Under the pieces are notes generated by a model. It did not search any database, was not told the origin of the DNA, and saw only the letters and a list, made by a program, of their open reading frames with translations. A DNA stretch of 64,000 bases from Octopus sinensis (lineage: Eukaryota). The DNA lies in NCBI RefSeq assembly GCF_006345805.1, contig NC_043014.1, positions 9,672,001-9,736,000 of the forward strand. Direction: 5' to 3'. Positions 62,217 through 64,000 of this stretch are shown here, piece by piece. Both the position numbers and the translations under genes were made by a program. The stretch's first letter is position 1, and each line of letters opens with the position of its first letter.

Positions 62217-62985
62217 ATAACAAGGGGCTAAACACAGAGTGGACAAACAAGGAGAGACAAACGGAGCAAGTCGATTATATCGAAACCAGTGCGCAACTGG
62301 TAATTATTTAATCGACCCCGAAAGGATGAAAGGCAATGTCGACCTCGGCGGAATTTGAACTCAGAACGTATCGGCAGACGAAATACCTCTTTCTTTACTA
62401 CCCACAAGGGGCGAAACACAGAGGGGACAAACAATGACAGACACACGGATTAAGTCGATTATATCGACCTCAATGCGTAACTGGTACTTAATTTATCGAC
62501 CCCGAAAGGATGAAAGGCAAAGTCGACCTCGGCGGATTTGAACTCAGAACGTAGCGGCAGACGAAATAACTATTTCTTTACTACCCACAAGGGGATAAAC
62601 ACAGAGAGGACAAACAAGGACAGACAAACGGATTAAGTCGATTATATCGACCCCAGCGCGCCAGTGGTACTTATTTAATCGACCCCGAAAGGTAAAAGGC
62701 AAAGTCGACCTCGGCGGAATTTGAACTCAGAACGTAACGGCAGACGAAATACCTATTTCTTTACTACCCATAGAGGGCGAAACACAGAGAGGACAAACAA
62801 GGACAGACAAACGGATCAAGTCGATTATATCGATCTCAGTGCGTAAGTGGTACTTAATTTATCGACCCCGAAAGGATGAAAGGCAAAGTCGACCCCGGCG
62901 GAATTTGAACTCAGAACGTAACGGCAGACGAAATACGGCTACGCATTTTGCCCGGCGTGCTAGCGTTTCTGCCAGCCCACCGCAT
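62217..62985 (-). mobile_element. SINE C tetramer (one head, four bodies, period 182-183 bp)
   Basis: Junctions at ~62387, ~62569 and ~62752. Confidence 0.92.
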
Positions 62986-63571
62986 TTATATATTTTTAAA
63001 TATACCTCCTAAGAAAACAAAATTTCTGTAAATGCAAAGTGTTATGAGTTTTAAGATTACTTCTGGTTCTCTCAACATGACACTGAAAGAAATTAAATCA
63101 GCATAGAACTATCTTTCGATAATTAAGTTTACGAAATGTTGTATCTGTTTGTATGCAGGTGGGTGCTTCTTGAAAAAAAAACGATTTGTATTCAATAATT
63201 CACTTGCACTAATAATAAGTGCAACAGATAAAAGAAAATACGTCGAATTTCACATAACAAAACACAGCAATTAGTGCTCTACGCTAATTCATATTCACCG
63301 TACTTATCTAATTGAGAAATAGATTCACAGCAAATAACGTAAGCCGTTTTGTCAAACGACATTATAAAGAAATCATTGTCGACCTTTAATCACGTGCTGT
63401 ATTACTTATTTGCAGATGCAGGATAACTCTTTCTCCAATGTATAGGTAGTGATATACATCATGCATACATTGACATACTCGAAAATACACACACGCATGC
63501 ATATAAATGTATACATATTTATAGGTATCTCTATTTTCCTCCCTCTCTCTCTCTCTCTATATATATATATA

Positions 63572-63645
63572 TTTTTTTTTTTTTTTTAATTCTTTTTATT
63601 TCATCTAGTTTCAGCTCACGAGCTGTGGCCATGCTGGGGCACCGC

Positions 63646-63647
<2 letters not shown>
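63572..63647 (-). mobile_element. Tail-only retroposon fragment with poly(A), inserted in (TA)n
   Basis: tggcggtgccccagcatggccacagctcgtgagctgaaactagatgaaataaaaagaattaaaaaaaa on the minus strand; homologous to 4713-4785. Confidence 0.82.
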
Positions 63648-63721
<74 letters not shown>

Positions 63722-63785
63722 CCTCTCTGTATCTATCAATATATGTACATATGTATATATATGTATATATATATATATTTATATG

Positions 63786-63851
<66 letters not shown>

Positions 63852-64000
63852 TATCTATATATATAGATGTAAGTGGATATATAAATATATACGCTTGCAT
63901 TTATATTTGTAACTGTGTGCGTTTCTTTCTGCACATCAAACCTCATACACAGATACACACACACACACACATATATATATATATGTATATATATATATAT
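63648..64000. repeat. Long (TA)n / (CA)n tracts
   Basis: Directly visible. Confidence 0.93.

Noticed and set aside
62217-62985. CRISPR-like array
   Set aside because: Eukaryotic context; units are full-length tandem SINE bodies with no unique spacers and no cas genes

Overview
AT-rich, microsatellite-dense eukaryotic DNA that is almost entirely intergenic or intronic repeat. The SINE sequences and the very long (TA)n/(GATA)n tracts resemble octopus genomes; this assignment is from memory and was not database-checked. No intact host protein-coding gene is supportable, and most ORF-track entries are microsatellite or SINE read-throughs. Retroelement content: about 45 copies or fragments of four tRNA-headed SINE families (labelled A-D here) plus head/tail chimeras; a young 5'-truncated CR1-type LINE; RTE, Tx1/L1 and R4/Dong-type LINE remnants; and Penelope-like element (PLE) remnants with GIY-YIG domains. 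DNA-transposon content: an internally deleted Tc1, non-autonomous Helitrons and a Helentron/HINE. A U6 snRNA pseudogene is also present. The most interesting signal is about ten type I hammerhead-ribozyme-like motifs. They include a non-coding 364-nt tandem unit bounded by two hammerheads (retrozyme-like, 35.1-35.7 kb) and several fold-back elements whose inversion breakpoint sits at the 5' edge of the ribozyme. A second signal is that SINE C forms head-less tandem arrays with a fixed junction at many independent loci. All folds and alignments were done by eye.
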